Source: Bacillota bacterium
GTDB taxonomy: Bacteria > Bacillota > Sulfobacillia > Sulfobacillales > JAIMBI01
NCBI GenBank assembly: GCA_021846565.1
Contig: JAJZWS010000011.1
Span: 4,797 to 68,796 of the forward strand
Direction of reading: 5' to 3'
DNA: 64,000 nucleotides
Shown here: in pieces, positions 44,184 to 52,791 of the stretch
Layout of the letters: every line of letters begins with the position of its first letter
Position numbering within the stretch: position 1 is the stretch's first letter
Position numbers and translations under genes: made by a program
The notes under the pieces: generated by a model
Told to the model about the DNA's origin: nothing
The model's database searches: none
The model's input: only the letters and a program-made list of their open reading frames with translations

Positions 44184-44444
44184 TCACTTGGTCCGGCGGA
44201 TGCGAAACCGAAAGACCGAACCGTCCTGCTGGGACAGCAGGAGCTGGTGGCCGGTAGAGTTGGCAAACGCCTTGAAGTCGGCCATGGACCCTGGGTCCGT
44301 GCACTCCACCTCCACCACCTGACCCATCTCGACCCCCACGATTCCCTTCTTGGCCTTGATGACCGGCAACGGGCAGGCCAGCCCCTTGGCATCGATGCGG
44401 GCCGCGACCTCTACGGTTTGAACCTCTGCTTGCATCTCATCCAT
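44184..44444 (-). CDS. tusA: TusA-family sulfur carrier
   Basis: 86 aa. DAKGLACPLPVIKAKK (CPxP motif). Confidence 0.88.
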   Translation of the reverse strand: MDEMQAEVQTVEVAARIDAKGLACPLPVIKAKKGIVGVEMGQVVEVECTDPGSMADFKAFANSTGHQLLLSQQDGSVFRFRIRRTK

Positions 44445-44499
44445 CGCGATCAGCTCCCTTCTTGTGGAAACGGTTCATGCGACCGGTGATGCCCGGTCG

Positions 44500-45618
44500 T
44501 CAGGGTCCCGCGCGTGCGCCTCCCGCCGCGCGGTGGGGCTCGAGGACCCCTGTGGGATCGATGGCGACCGCCTGAGCCCAGGCGCGCCCGACATCGGCTG
44601 CCGTGACGCCCGGCACGCTGATGGTCGCCCAGGCGCGCTCCAGCCGCGGAAGATACGCCTCCGGCAACATGGGCGAACCCACCACCGCCTCGGCCACCCG
44701 GGCCAAGCCGTCGCGCGGCTCCACCAGGAAATCGCCCGCCAACAGCACATCGTCCACTCGGCCGTCGCACTCGCGCACGATGACCCGCACCAAGCCCCCC
44801 GGCGCCTTGGCGACCCCCTCGTACAGGCGCACCCCCTCCCGGATCTTGACGCCTGCCTGCACCCACCCCTCGGTGGACCCGTACGCATACACAAACGCCG
44901 GGTCGAACAGGAGCTCCGCATAGTGGCGGGTGGCCGCCTCTTCCGCGGTCGTCAGGACCCCGCTGTGCACGGGCTCGCCTAAGCGCTCCCCGAACGCGTC
45001 CACCAAGAGGGCCACGGCCTCGGGGCGGGACGGCATGGCGCTCCCCAGCTGCGCCCGCATCGTCGTCATGTAGTCGCGGAGGCTGCTCTGCATTTTGTCG
45101 CGGAACTTCTCCGAGGGCACTGCCAGCACCCGGGTCATGGTGTCCACGTCAAAGTCGAACATCAGGCTGCCCACGATGGCCAGGGCCCCTTCTAGCGTGA
45201 CGGCACCCGTCCCGCCGATCTTCTGAGCCCCGACGACAATGTCGTTGACGGGCCGGTGCTCGGCCGCGATGCCCATCCGGCGGTACGCATCCACCGGTGC
45301 TCCGAGGCATCGGTCGTACACCGCTTGGACGGGTTCGCTCCCTCGCGGCAGGATCAGGTGCCAAAACACTTGGTCGTGGTCCAACAGCACGGCACCTCCG
45401 CCCACCATGCGGCGGGCCACCGGAATGTCGTGCGCGGCGCAGTAGTCCCGATTGACCTCCCGGCTCGCCACCTGATGGTAGCCCACGCACACATACGGCC
45501 CGTCCGGGCTGACCGTGATGAGGGTCGGTTCATCGCCGGCCGCCATGGTGTGCGCCACCCCGTGATACACGGCCTGAGACAAGGGGCGCGACACCGTGCC
45601 GAGATCCACATGCCTCAT
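44500..45618 (-). CDS. Lipoate-protein ligase A-like enzyme (sLpl(AB)-type)
   Basis: 372 aa of the BPL/LplA/LipB family: GYHQ..REVN.., ARRMVGGGAVLLD, KIGGTGA. Adjacent to the GcvH-like genes. Confidence 0.85.
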   Translation of the reverse strand: MRHVDLGTVSRPLSQAVYHGVAHTMAAGDEPTLITVSPDGPYVCVGYHQVASREVNRDYCAAHDIPVARRMVGGGAVLLDHDQVFWHLILPRGSEPVQAVYDRCLGAPVDAYRRMGIAAEHRPVNDIVVGAQKIGGTGAVTLEGALAIVGSLMFDFDVDTMTRVLAVPSEKFRDKMQSSLRDYMTTMRAQLGSAMPSRPEAVALLVDAFGERLGEPVHSGVLTTAEEAATRHYAELLFDPAFVYAYGSTEGWVQAGVKIREGVRLYEGVAKAPGGLVRVIVRECDGRVDDVLLAGDFLVEPRDGLARVAEAVVGSPMLPEAYLPRLERAWATISVPGVTAADVGRAWAQAVAIDPTGVLEPHRAAGGARAGP

Positions 45619-45678
45619 GACGCGTTCCTCCTCGTGGTGACTGCCATCGTGGCTCCTCCGTTTCCCCGCCGCGCGGCA

Positions 45679-46140
45679 TCACGGAATGGGATCGGCGCAG
45701 CGCATGCACGTGAGGCCTTCTTCTTTGAGCTTGGCCCGATACGGGTCGACCGCGTCGGGTCCGTGCCGGAGCCCACTGGCCGCCCACGCCTCGCGACCCA
45801 GGTCGGGACGAAAGGTGAGCAGCCACCCCTCGCCATAGGGATCCCGATTCACCAGGGAGGGGTCCTCCAGCACCGCGGGATTGGCGTCCACCACCGAGCC
45901 GGGAAGCGGAGCGGGCACAGGACCCACCCACTTCCCCGACTCCACGGTGGCCACGCTCTGTCCCGCACGCACCGACTTGTTCGCCCGGACCCGCAGGTAC
46001 AGGAGCTTGCCCGCCCGCGTCTGCGCGGGGTCGGTCATCCCCAGCCGCACCGTGCCGTCGGGCCGGTCCTCCAGCCACACGTCCTGGTCGACGCGGTACC
46101 ACAGATGGTCCGGCAGTTCACAGGCAAACACGAAGGCCAT
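45679..46140 (-). CDS. lbpA: GcvH-like lipoate-binding protein (LbpA), copy 2, with a C-terminal CxxC tail
   Basis: Start MAFVFACELP with a GGAGGTGA RBS. Lipoyl-lysine motif VESGKWVGP. Tail ..KLKEEGLTCMRCADPIP. Confidence 0.8.
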   Translation of the reverse strand: MAFVFACELPDHLWYRVDQDVWLEDRPDGTVRLGMTDPAQTRAGKLLYLRVRANKSVRAGQSVATVESGKWVGPVPAPLPGSVVDANPAVLEDPSLVNRDPYGEGWLLTFRPDLGREAWAASGLRHGPDAVDPYRAKLKEEGLTCMRCADPIP

Positions 46141-46156
46141 ACCCTCACCTCCGTTT

Positions 46157-46630
46157 CTAGCTCGCGCAGTGGATCCCGTCCCGCTCCAACAGCTCGCGAT
46201 ACCGCGCGAGACCATCCGGCCCCCCTGCCAGTTCCTCGCGGTCCACGTCCCACGCGCTGGGTTTCACGCGGATGAGCCACCCGGCCCCGTAGGGATCGCG
46301 GTTCACCGTCTCGGGAGACGCTTTGAGCGCCTCATTCACGGCCACCACCTCGCCCGCCACGGGGGTGGGGATAGTGCCCACCCACTTACCCGACTCCAGG
46401 GTTCCGGCACTTTTCCCACGAGCCAGGGTTTTGCCCAGCCCTCGCAGGTTGACCATCACGATTTTGCCGGCCAGGTGCTGGGCCACATCGGTGAGACCCG
46501 CTTCCACCACGCCGTCGGCGTCCGGTCCGCGTACCCACACATGCTTTTCTGGCCAGTACAGCAAGTCGGCCGGTAATTGGCAACCATTCACTTGGTTCAC
46601 GTCGTGCCCTCCGTCCGCGGCTCCGCTCAT
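46157..46630 (-). CDS. lbpA: GcvH-like lipoate-binding protein (LbpA), copy 1, with a C-terminal Cys tail
   Basis: Start MSGAADGG with a GGGGGAGG RBS. Motif LESGKWVGT. Tail ..YRELLERDGIHCAS. Confidence 0.8.
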   Translation of the reverse strand: MSGAADGGHDVNQVNGCQLPADLLYWPEKHVWVRGPDADGVVEAGLTDVAQHLAGKIVMVNLRGLGKTLARGKSAGTLESGKWVGTIPTPVAGEVVAVNEALKASPETVNRDPYGAGWLIRVKPSAWDVDREELAGGPDGLARYRELLERDGIHCAS

Positions 46631-46670
46631 GACGTCCTCCCCCTCGGGTTCCTCTCGGATCAAGTTTGGG

Positions 46671-47939
46671 TCAGTCCACCAGGGCCATGGATTTGGCCAG
46701 CAACTCCGCAATGTCCATCACCTGAAGCCGGCCCGTGTTGCCCGTGGACTTCACGGCATCCTCAAACCGGGACACTTCGTACGGACAGGTGACGGCCAGC
46801 ACTTCGGCCCCGTACTCAATGGCTTCCAGCACCCGCTTCTCGGAGAGGCGCATGCTGGTGAACTCGGCGGTAAAGCTGTCCATCCACATGCCGCCGCCCC
46901 CGCCGCCACAACAGTACGCGTTTTCCCGGCACCGGCCCATCTCCACCAGCTCAAGGCCCGGAATAGCCTGCAAAAGCTGTCGCGGTGCCTCATATTCGCC
47001 GTTGTGGCGGCCCAGGTAGCAGGGGTCGTGGAACGTGACGCGCCAGGGCAGCTCCCGCCGAAACGCCATGTCGCCGATCCGCGGGGCCAGGAACTGCGTG
47101 TAGTGCCGGGTGGGCCACTCCCCGCCAAACTTCGGGTACTCATGCAGCAGCGCGTTGTACGCATGCGGGTCGGTGACCAGGACCTCGTTGAACATGTATT
47201 GGGACAGCGTTTTGATGTTGTGCTCCGCCAGCATCTCAAACAGCCCCGCCTCACCCGCCATGCGCTGCGAGTCCCCGGAGCACTTTTCTTCGCGACCCAG
47301 AATACCAAAATCTACGCCCAGCGCGTTCAGGATGCGGGCCAGCGCGACCGACGCCTCCTGGCCTCGGGGATGGTAGGCCGGATAGCACTCCACGAACCAC
47401 AGGACGTCCACCGGGTCGGGGTGTTGGCTCATGATGGGGACCGGAACGCCCGCCTGCTTCACCCAGTCGGCCCGCTTGCGCGCAGGCTCCCCCAGCGGAT
47501 TGCCATACCGCGCCGTATTTTCGAAGGCGGACAGCAGTTCCTGGGGCGCCTGGCCATCCGCCACTGCCTGCTCGCGCACGGCCGGCATGATTTGAATCAT
47601 GTTGACCTCTTTGGGACACACGCGCAGGCAATTGGAGCACGTGGTGCACAGCCACAGATCGGGGCTGTCCAGCAAAGGGGTGCCCAGCTGCGTGCGGCGA
47701 AACACCTTGCGCGGAGAGAAGTCGCCGACCGTGTCGACGGGGCACACCGCCGTGCACTTGCCGCACTGATAGCACCAGCCCAGCGACTCGGCGCCCGGGA
47801 TGGCGGTGACCTCGTCCAACACCGACAAGTCATAGCCCGTAATGGGGCGCGGTTCAAACATGCGGCTCCACTGCGGCGTGAGCGCCACGCCGTCCACCAT
47901 CACCGTCTCACGCTCGACGGCCTGCGCCTTCTCAGCCAC
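46671..47939 (-). CDS. Fused HdrC-like / HdrB-like Fe-S subunit (sHdrB3 type)
   Basis: 422 aa. N-half CYQCGKCTAVCP and CTTCSNCLRVCP. C-half has two CCG-type domains (EKCSGDS.., YCCGGGGG). Confidence 0.8.
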   Translation of the reverse strand: MAEKAQAVERETVMVDGVALTPQWSRMFEPRPITGYDLSVLDEVTAIPGAESLGWCYQCGKCTAVCPVDTVGDFSPRKVFRRTQLGTPLLDSPDLWLCTTCSNCLRVCPKEVNMIQIMPAVREQAVADGQAPQELLSAFENTARYGNPLGEPARKRADWVKQAGVPVPIMSQHPDPVDVLWFVECYPAYHPRGQEASVALARILNALGVDFGILGREEKCSGDSQRMAGEAGLFEMLAEHNIKTLSQYMFNEVLVTDPHAYNALLHEYPKFGGEWPTRHYTQFLAPRIGDMAFRRELPWRVTFHDPCYLGRHNGEYEAPRQLLQAIPGLELVEMGRCRENAYCCGGGGGGMWMDSFTAEFTSMRLSEKRVLEAIEYGAEVLAVTCPYEVSRFEDAVKSTGNTGRLQVMDIAELLAKSMALVD

Positions 47940-48639
47940 GCTCCATCGCCTCCCATCGGTTCACGCCCAACAACGTCTGCAGCACCACGGGGAACGGAGG
48001 AAACACGCGCGTGAATTCTTCGGTCAGCTTCCAGGCCGCCATGGTGAACATGTACACCGCGTATACGGCCCCGAGCGCCACCAGCGGCCGGTGCTCGTCC
48101 GACACGGCGGTCAGCCGGCGCGTGCTGTCCAACACCGAGCCCAGAAAGCGCACGTCCTGCCGAATCGCGCCGTAAGCCTCCACCAACCCCACGTCGCGAA
48201 GTCCCTCCATATCGCCGGTCACCAGCGGCAGGGCCCCGGTCCCGCCCTCCCGGCGGTACACCCATCGGCCCCACCACGGCCACTCCGGCGCATGAATGTT
48301 CAGCCAGTACGTGGCCCAGTCCAACAGCCAATCCGGCGTCGCCGGCCGCTCGGCGAGGTGAGCCACCAGCCCCTCCCCGTCGCCCGCCGCCGCCAACTCC
48401 CAGATGGGCTCCAACTCCGGCTGCCAGCGGATCCGGTCCGCCGGGTTAACCCGGCGCGACACCGGCGCCAGCGCCCACCGGGCCGCCCACCCAACAGCCT
48501 CTCGATGTACGCGGGCGGTGCGACGCTGCAGAGCGGCGTCGAGCGCGGGGAGCGCCGGCGGCTCCAGGAGCGGCTCCGCCTTGTCCAGGAACTCCTGGAC
48601 TGCGGCGCCATCCACCACCATCCCGCTCACCGGATTCAT
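47932..48639 (-). CDS. Conserved hypothetical protein in the sHdrH position
   Basis: 235 aa with no recognisable domain. Overlaps hdrA (4 nt) and the B3 gene (8 nt), as the 'hyp' gene does in shdr loci. Confidence 0.55.
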   Translation of the reverse strand: MNPVSGMVVDGAAVQEFLDKAEPLLEPPALPALDAALQRRTARVHREAVGWAARWALAPVSRRVNPADRIRWQPELEPIWELAAAGDGEGLVAHLAERPATPDWLLDWATYWLNIHAPEWPWWGRWVYRREGGTGALPLVTGDMEGLRDVGLVEAYGAIRQDVRFLGSVLDSTRRLTAVSDEHRPLVALGAVYAVYMFTMAAWKLTEEFTRVFPPFPVVLQTLLGVNRWEAMERG

Positions 48640-49697
48640 GCCGACTGGGCGACCAGGCGGCGGAGCAGGCTGACCGTGCGCATCGCCGCCGCTCCTCCCA
48701 TCGAGACCGTATCTTCCAGGTCTTTCGGGCCCGCCGCCGCGCCCGCGACAAACACCCCGGGCACAGGCGTGCTGACCGTGTCCAGCGGCTCGCCCACCGT
48801 GGCCAAAAAGCCATGCGGCTCCCGGGGGAGCTGGAAGATGCGCGCCATCTCAAGTGTTCCTGCAGACGGCTCCATGCCCACCGACAGCACCACTAAATCC
48901 ATCGGCACCTCCACGGGTCGGCCCATGGTGGTGTCCTCGCCCTTGATGAGCAACTGGTCTCCCTTCTTGATCACCTCGGTCACGATGCCGCGAATGTAGT
49001 TGACCTTGTGTTCCTCCTGCGCCTTCCAGTACAGCTGGTCCTCCCAGAACCCGTACATCCGCATGTCGATGTAGAAGATGAACACTTTGGCGTCCGGCAC
49101 CAAGTGCTTCACCTCGATGGACTGCTTCGACGCAATCCCGCAACACACTTTCGAGCAGTACTGGTTGCCGATGCGCCGGTCGCGCGATCCGACGCACTGG
49201 ATGAACGCAACCGAGCGGGGCGGGGCCCCAGTCGATGGACGCACAAACCGGCCTGTCTGCATCATGCGCTCGGCGTCGACCAGCGTGATGACGTCGTCGT
49301 ACTCGTAGTACCCATACATCTGGGTTTCGCGGCCCGGGTCAAAGTGCTGAAAGCCCGTGGCCACCACGACGGCACCGACGGCTTCCACGGACCGCGTGCC
49401 GTCATGCTCCAGCGTGACCTGAAAGTTCCCCGCCGCACCTTCGCTCGCCACCACCCGCGTCGTGGTGCGCACGTCGACCAGGGGATGGCCCTCCACCGCC
49501 CCCTTGACCTCCGCCATCAGCTCGCGCGTGGGCGCGAGATGCGGCGTCAGGGTGGCGTAGGACTCCCAGGGCGTTCCTCCCAGCGTATCCTTCGCCTCCA
49601 CCAAGATCACGGGTGTCCCCAGGTCCGCGATGCCCCGCGCGGCCTCCAGCCCGGCCGGTCCTCCACCCACCACCAGCACGCGATCCGCCGTCGCCAT
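48636..49697 (-). CDS. sHdrA-like FAD/Fe-S flavoprotein
   Basis: Start MATADRVLVVGGGPAGLEAA with an AAAGGAGG RBS. Cluster motif CVGSRDRRIGNQYCSKVCC. About 353 aa (short sHdrA type, not the methanogen HdrA). Confidence 0.88.
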   Translation of the reverse strand: MATADRVLVVGGGPAGLEAARGIADLGTPVILVEAKDTLGGTPWESYATLTPHLAPTRELMAEVKGAVEGHPLVDVRTTTRVVASEGAAGNFQVTLEHDGTRSVEAVGAVVVATGFQHFDPGRETQMYGYYEYDDVITLVDAERMMQTGRFVRPSTGAPPRSVAFIQCVGSRDRRIGNQYCSKVCCGIASKQSIEVKHLVPDAKVFIFYIDMRMYGFWEDQLYWKAQEEHKVNYIRGIVTEVIKKGDQLLIKGEDTTMGRPVEVPMDLVVLSVGMEPSAGTLEMARIFQLPREPHGFLATVGEPLDTVSTPVPGVFVAGAAAGPKDLEDTVSMGGAAAMRTVSLLRRLVAQSA

Positions 49698-49735
49698 AAC
49701 GCGCCTCCTTTGCCCCCTGGTGTCGTTCTGTCGGC

Positions 49736-50956
49736 TTAGAGCACAGACTCCCACGTGAGATAGTCCATCGTGCCCGCCTCGATTTTCTTGACGTCTTCCT
49801 GAAACTCGGCCCATGCCTGCTCCGCATCGATGCCCATCTTGGCCAGAAGCGGTCGATAGTCCGTGGAATGCCAGTGCAGCTGCGTGACGCGAAACGGGTG
49901 GGCCCCCATGGCCAGCGCCGCAAACTGCGACTCGGACATCACCGGCACCCCCACATTGCGTCCGTGTGCCTGAGCCGCAAACTGGCTCTTGTCCAGCGAC
50001 GTCACGCAGCCCGTGTCGTGGGTCAGCACCACGTCAGGATTGGCTTCTTCCTTCATGACCTCGATCTTGCGGAGTGTGGCAAAGGACCGTGTGAAGTCCC
50101 GCTGCACCAGGATGTGTCGGAACCCGAACCCGCAACAGTCATACCAAGTGGAGTAGTCCGCCACCTGCGCCCCCAGCGCCTGCACCACGCCGGTCACCAC
50201 CGCCGTGCGCTGTCCGCCATAAATTTCCGGGTCATAGATGGCATCGCCCGACTGCAGCTTGTAGTAGTGGCAGGCCGGGTGCACCGTCGACACGATCGGA
50301 CTTAAGTCGTGCACCACGCGCTCCTGCAACTGGTCGCGCACTGCGTACATCCACTCACTGTAGTGCACGATCTCCTCCGGGATGACGAAGGGGCGTCCCA
50401 GCCGCTCAATGATGCCCCGCACCTGGCGCCGCAGCGCGTGGTCGTGCACCAGCTCGTGGCGCACTTCTTTGTAGTGGCCGAAGCTGGTGCCGCAGTGGAT
50501 GAGCGGGAAGTACCCGGTTTCGTAAGCGGCGGCGAAGTTGCGCATCGCCACCGCGGCCTGCGCAGCCTGATTGGACGTGGCCGAGGCGTAGTAGTTCCAA
50601 GCGGTGCACGACGTTTGGTCGCGGGGGTCGAAGTAGTCATAGCCCAGCACGCGGTTCAGCCAAAAGATCGACGTCGAATACCCCGGAATGTGCCCGCACT
50701 GTCCGCAGCTCTTGTGGTGCCACGTCCGCTCGTACGGGATTTTCTTCATCCGCCCGTACTTGGTAGGCGCTTCATAGTACGGTTCGGGCACGCGCTGGAC
50801 AATCCACTCGCCCTCGCGCTCAAGCTGCAGCACCGCCTCGCGCAAGTCCTCTTCCGGAGCCTCCCCGGGGTCGGGGCGAAACGTCTTCGTGGTTTCCACC
50901 GAAGTGCCCCGCACCGGAACCGTCCGATCTGTCGTCTTGGTCGTCGACGTGGCCAT
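49736..50956 (-). CDS. sHdrB1-like CCG-domain subunit
   Basis: GGGAGGA lies 7 nt before ATG 50956 (the ORF track extends to 50983). CGQCGH.., CTAWNYY.. and YDCCGFGFRH are CCG-domain elements. Confidence 0.85.
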   Translation of the reverse strand: MATSTTKTTDRTVPVRGTSVETTKTFRPDPGEAPEEDLREAVLQLEREGEWIVQRVPEPYYEAPTKYGRMKKIPYERTWHHKSCGQCGHIPGYSTSIFWLNRVLGYDYFDPRDQTSCTAWNYYASATSNQAAQAAVAMRNFAAAYETGYFPLIHCGTSFGHYKEVRHELVHDHALRRQVRGIIERLGRPFVIPEEIVHYSEWMYAVRDQLQERVVHDLSPIVSTVHPACHYYKLQSGDAIYDPEIYGGQRTAVVTGVVQALGAQVADYSTWYDCCGFGFRHILVQRDFTRSFATLRKIEVMKEEANPDVVLTHDTGCVTSLDKSQFAAQAHGRNVGVPVMSESQFAALAMGAHPFRVTQLHWHSTDYRPLLAKMGIDAEQAWAEFQEDVKKIEAGTMDYLTWESVL

Positions 50957-50982
50957 GGTGAGATCCTCCCTTCGCGTCTTCA

Positions 50983-51675
50983 TCAGTCCGACACCGCGGC
51001 ATCAATGCCGCTGTCCTCCAGGGCGTCGTCCATGATTTCCTCCATGATGTCGTGGAGTCCCTCGTCCAGCTGGGCAATCATGTCCAGCGTGCCGGTCCAC
51101 TTCCAGATGGCGTACAGCTCCCGCATGGTCCGCTCTTCCACATCCCACGAGAGGGCCGTGGTGTGCATGGTCTCCGGCGGCAGCGCGCGGCGCCACACCG
51201 CGAGATGGTCGGCCACATCCTTCACCTGCGGGCCCCAGTCGGGGAAGGCGTCCTCCTGCAGCATGTCGGGCGACACCTGCGTGCCGGTGGTCATGATCTT
51301 GTAGATGATGCGGGTGTACCCCGCGAGCGCTTCTTTGGTCGTGCGGAGCCCGTTGTTGACCGCCACCTCGCGCATGATGGTGATAAGCCCGCCCGGGTTG
51401 TTCCCACGGGGACAGCGGAGGCACGAGAAGCACTGCGAGCAGTTCCATACGTCGTCGTTCATCTGCTCGTACACCAGATCCACGTCCTCGCGGGCCAGCG
51501 CCTGGGCAATCTTGCGGGGAGAGAAATCGTAGAAGCGGGCTGACGGGCAGGCCGCGACGCAGATCCCGCACTCGTAGCACCCATACAGATAGGTGTCAAA
51601 GCGCGCATCCTGCACAACCTCACGATAAAGGCGCGTCTTCTCTTCCGCCGGCACATCCGCGTAAGCCTTCTCCAT
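50983..51675 (-). CDS. sHdrC1-like 2x[4Fe-4S] subunit
   Basis: Start MEKAYADVPAEEK with a GGGGGGAG RBS. Clusters CYECGICVAACP and CSQCFSCLRCP. Confidence 0.85.
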   Translation of the reverse strand: MEKAYADVPAEEKTRLYREVVQDARFDTYLYGCYECGICVAACPSARFYDFSPRKIAQALAREDVDLVYEQMNDDVWNCSQCFSCLRCPRGNNPGGLITIMREVAVNNGLRTTKEALAGYTRIIYKIMTTGTQVSPDMLQEDAFPDWGPQVKDVADHLAVWRRALPPETMHTTALSWDVEERTMRELYAIWKWTGTLDMIAQLDEGLHDIMEEIMDDALEDSGIDAAVSD

Positions 51676-51740
51676 CGGCTGCTCCCCCCATCTGTCGAAA
51701 CAGGTCACGAAAACCGATAGAGCCCGCAGGATGGCGGGCT

Positions 51741-52268
51741 CTACACGAACAGCTGGATCTTGGCGTCGCGGGCGTAGTCCAGGAACGTGGCTGCCCCCAC
51801 CACGTCTTCCACTTCCGGAATCAGGTCCTCGCGCTTCATCCCCATCACGTCCATCGTCATTTGGCAGGCCACCATGTGGACGCCCACCTCATGTGCCGTG
51901 CCGACAAACTCCCGAATGGACATGACCTTCGCCTTGGCAAACTGGGTGCGCATCATCGTGGACACCATGCGCGTTCCCCCGGGCACCATGCCCGCCACCT
52001 TGGCCATCGACGGCATGCTGGGATTGCCCGCGATCGAGATGTCCAGCGAATCGATCTTGTGCCGGTTGATGATGTCGAGCCCCCAGAACGTGAAAAACAG
52101 CATGGAATCCATGTCCATGGCCGCCGCCGCGGTCGCCAGGACAAACGGTGGATAGGCCATGTCCAAAGATCCCTTGGAACAGACAATGGCCAGCCGATCT
52201 TGCTGCACCTCTGGTCCTCCTCTCGCCGTTGGGTCACCGTATACCAATACCCCCACGGGTATCACCAT
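51741..52268 (-). CDS. DsrE/DsrF-like family protein (DsrE2-like), first gene of the shdr string
   Basis: ATG 52268 with an AAGGTG RBS. LAIVCSKGSLDMAYPPFVLATAAAAMDMDSMLFFTFWGL is typical of DsrE-related 'peroxiredoxin-like' proteins in hdr loci. The upstream part of the 51741..52559 ORF looks non-coding. Confidence 0.72.
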   Translation of the reverse strand: MVIPVGVLVYGDPTARGGPEVQQDRLAIVCSKGSLDMAYPPFVLATAAAAMDMDSMLFFTFWGLDIINRHKIDSLDISIAGNPSMPSMAKVAGMVPGGTRMVSTMMRTQFAKAKVMSIREFVGTAHEVGVHMVACQMTMDVMGMKREDLIPEVEDVVGAATFLDYARDAKIQLFV

Positions 52269-52320
52269 CGGTTTACACCTTCGGTGAGGAGCGCGCAAGT
52301 CATTGACGCAATATTTTTTC

Positions 52321-52354
52321 AGACCAATGGACGCTCCGAGGGGTCCATTGGTCT
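52321..52354. promoter_or_regulatory. Perfect 12-bp inverted repeat AGACCAATGGAC-N10-GTCCATTGGTCT in the divergent intergenic region upstream of the shdr string
   Basis: Read directly. Sits 53-86 nt upstream of the dsrE2-like ATG and 87-120 nt upstream of ORF 52441. There is no U-tract on either strand, so it is not a terminator. Confidence 0.6.
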
Positions 52355-52440
52355 CGTCCGGTGGCTCAACGGCAGGCCGTGCTACGATGAAGAGGCGAGG
52401 CGCCGGACGAATTTCACCGAGAAGGAGGGCGAATACCCGT

Positions 52441-52791
52441 ATGGGTATAAAGACAAGCCAAACCATCCTGCTATCGCGCGCAGCGGAGCTGTTTCCGGGG
52501 CTGGCGGACATGCTGTCGCCGATCAACGAAGCGCTCCGGCGCATCAACATGGGCCGCATGGAGTTTTTGCCCTACGACCATCCCGTGGCGGGATATCAGG
52601 TGCATATGCGTGCCGAACTCACGCCGCAGGGCCCGGACCGCCCCCCGCAGGTGGGGCACTGGCAACTCGAAATCCAGCGGGACGACTCCCCGCACGTCCT
52701 GTATCTCCATGGCAAGACCGGTGCGGACGGCGAACTGGGTGAGCTCTGGTCCCCCCAGGACGCGCCACTCGCCAACGGGCCAGCCCAGTGA
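52441..52791 (+). CDS. Hypothetical 116-aa protein divergent from the shdr string
   Basis: AAGGAGGG lies 11 nt before ATG 52441. High third-position GC. No domain recognised. Confidence 0.5.
   Translation: MGIKTSQTILLSRAAELFPGLADMLSPINEALRRINMGRMEFLPYDHPVAGYQVHMRAELTPQGPDRPPQVGHWQLEIQRDDSPHVLYLHGKTGADGELGELWSPQDAPLANGPAQ

Noticed and set aside
46323-48014. 563-aa plus-strand ORF opposite the LbpA and B3 genes
   Set aside because: Shadow ORF. The minus strand carries the Fe-S, CCG and lipoyl motifs.
52321-52354. The 12-bp inverted repeat as a transcription terminator
   Set aside because: No U-tract follows the hairpin on either strand (a T-run precedes it on the plus strand and an A-run follows it on the minus strand). 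It lies between divergent start codons.
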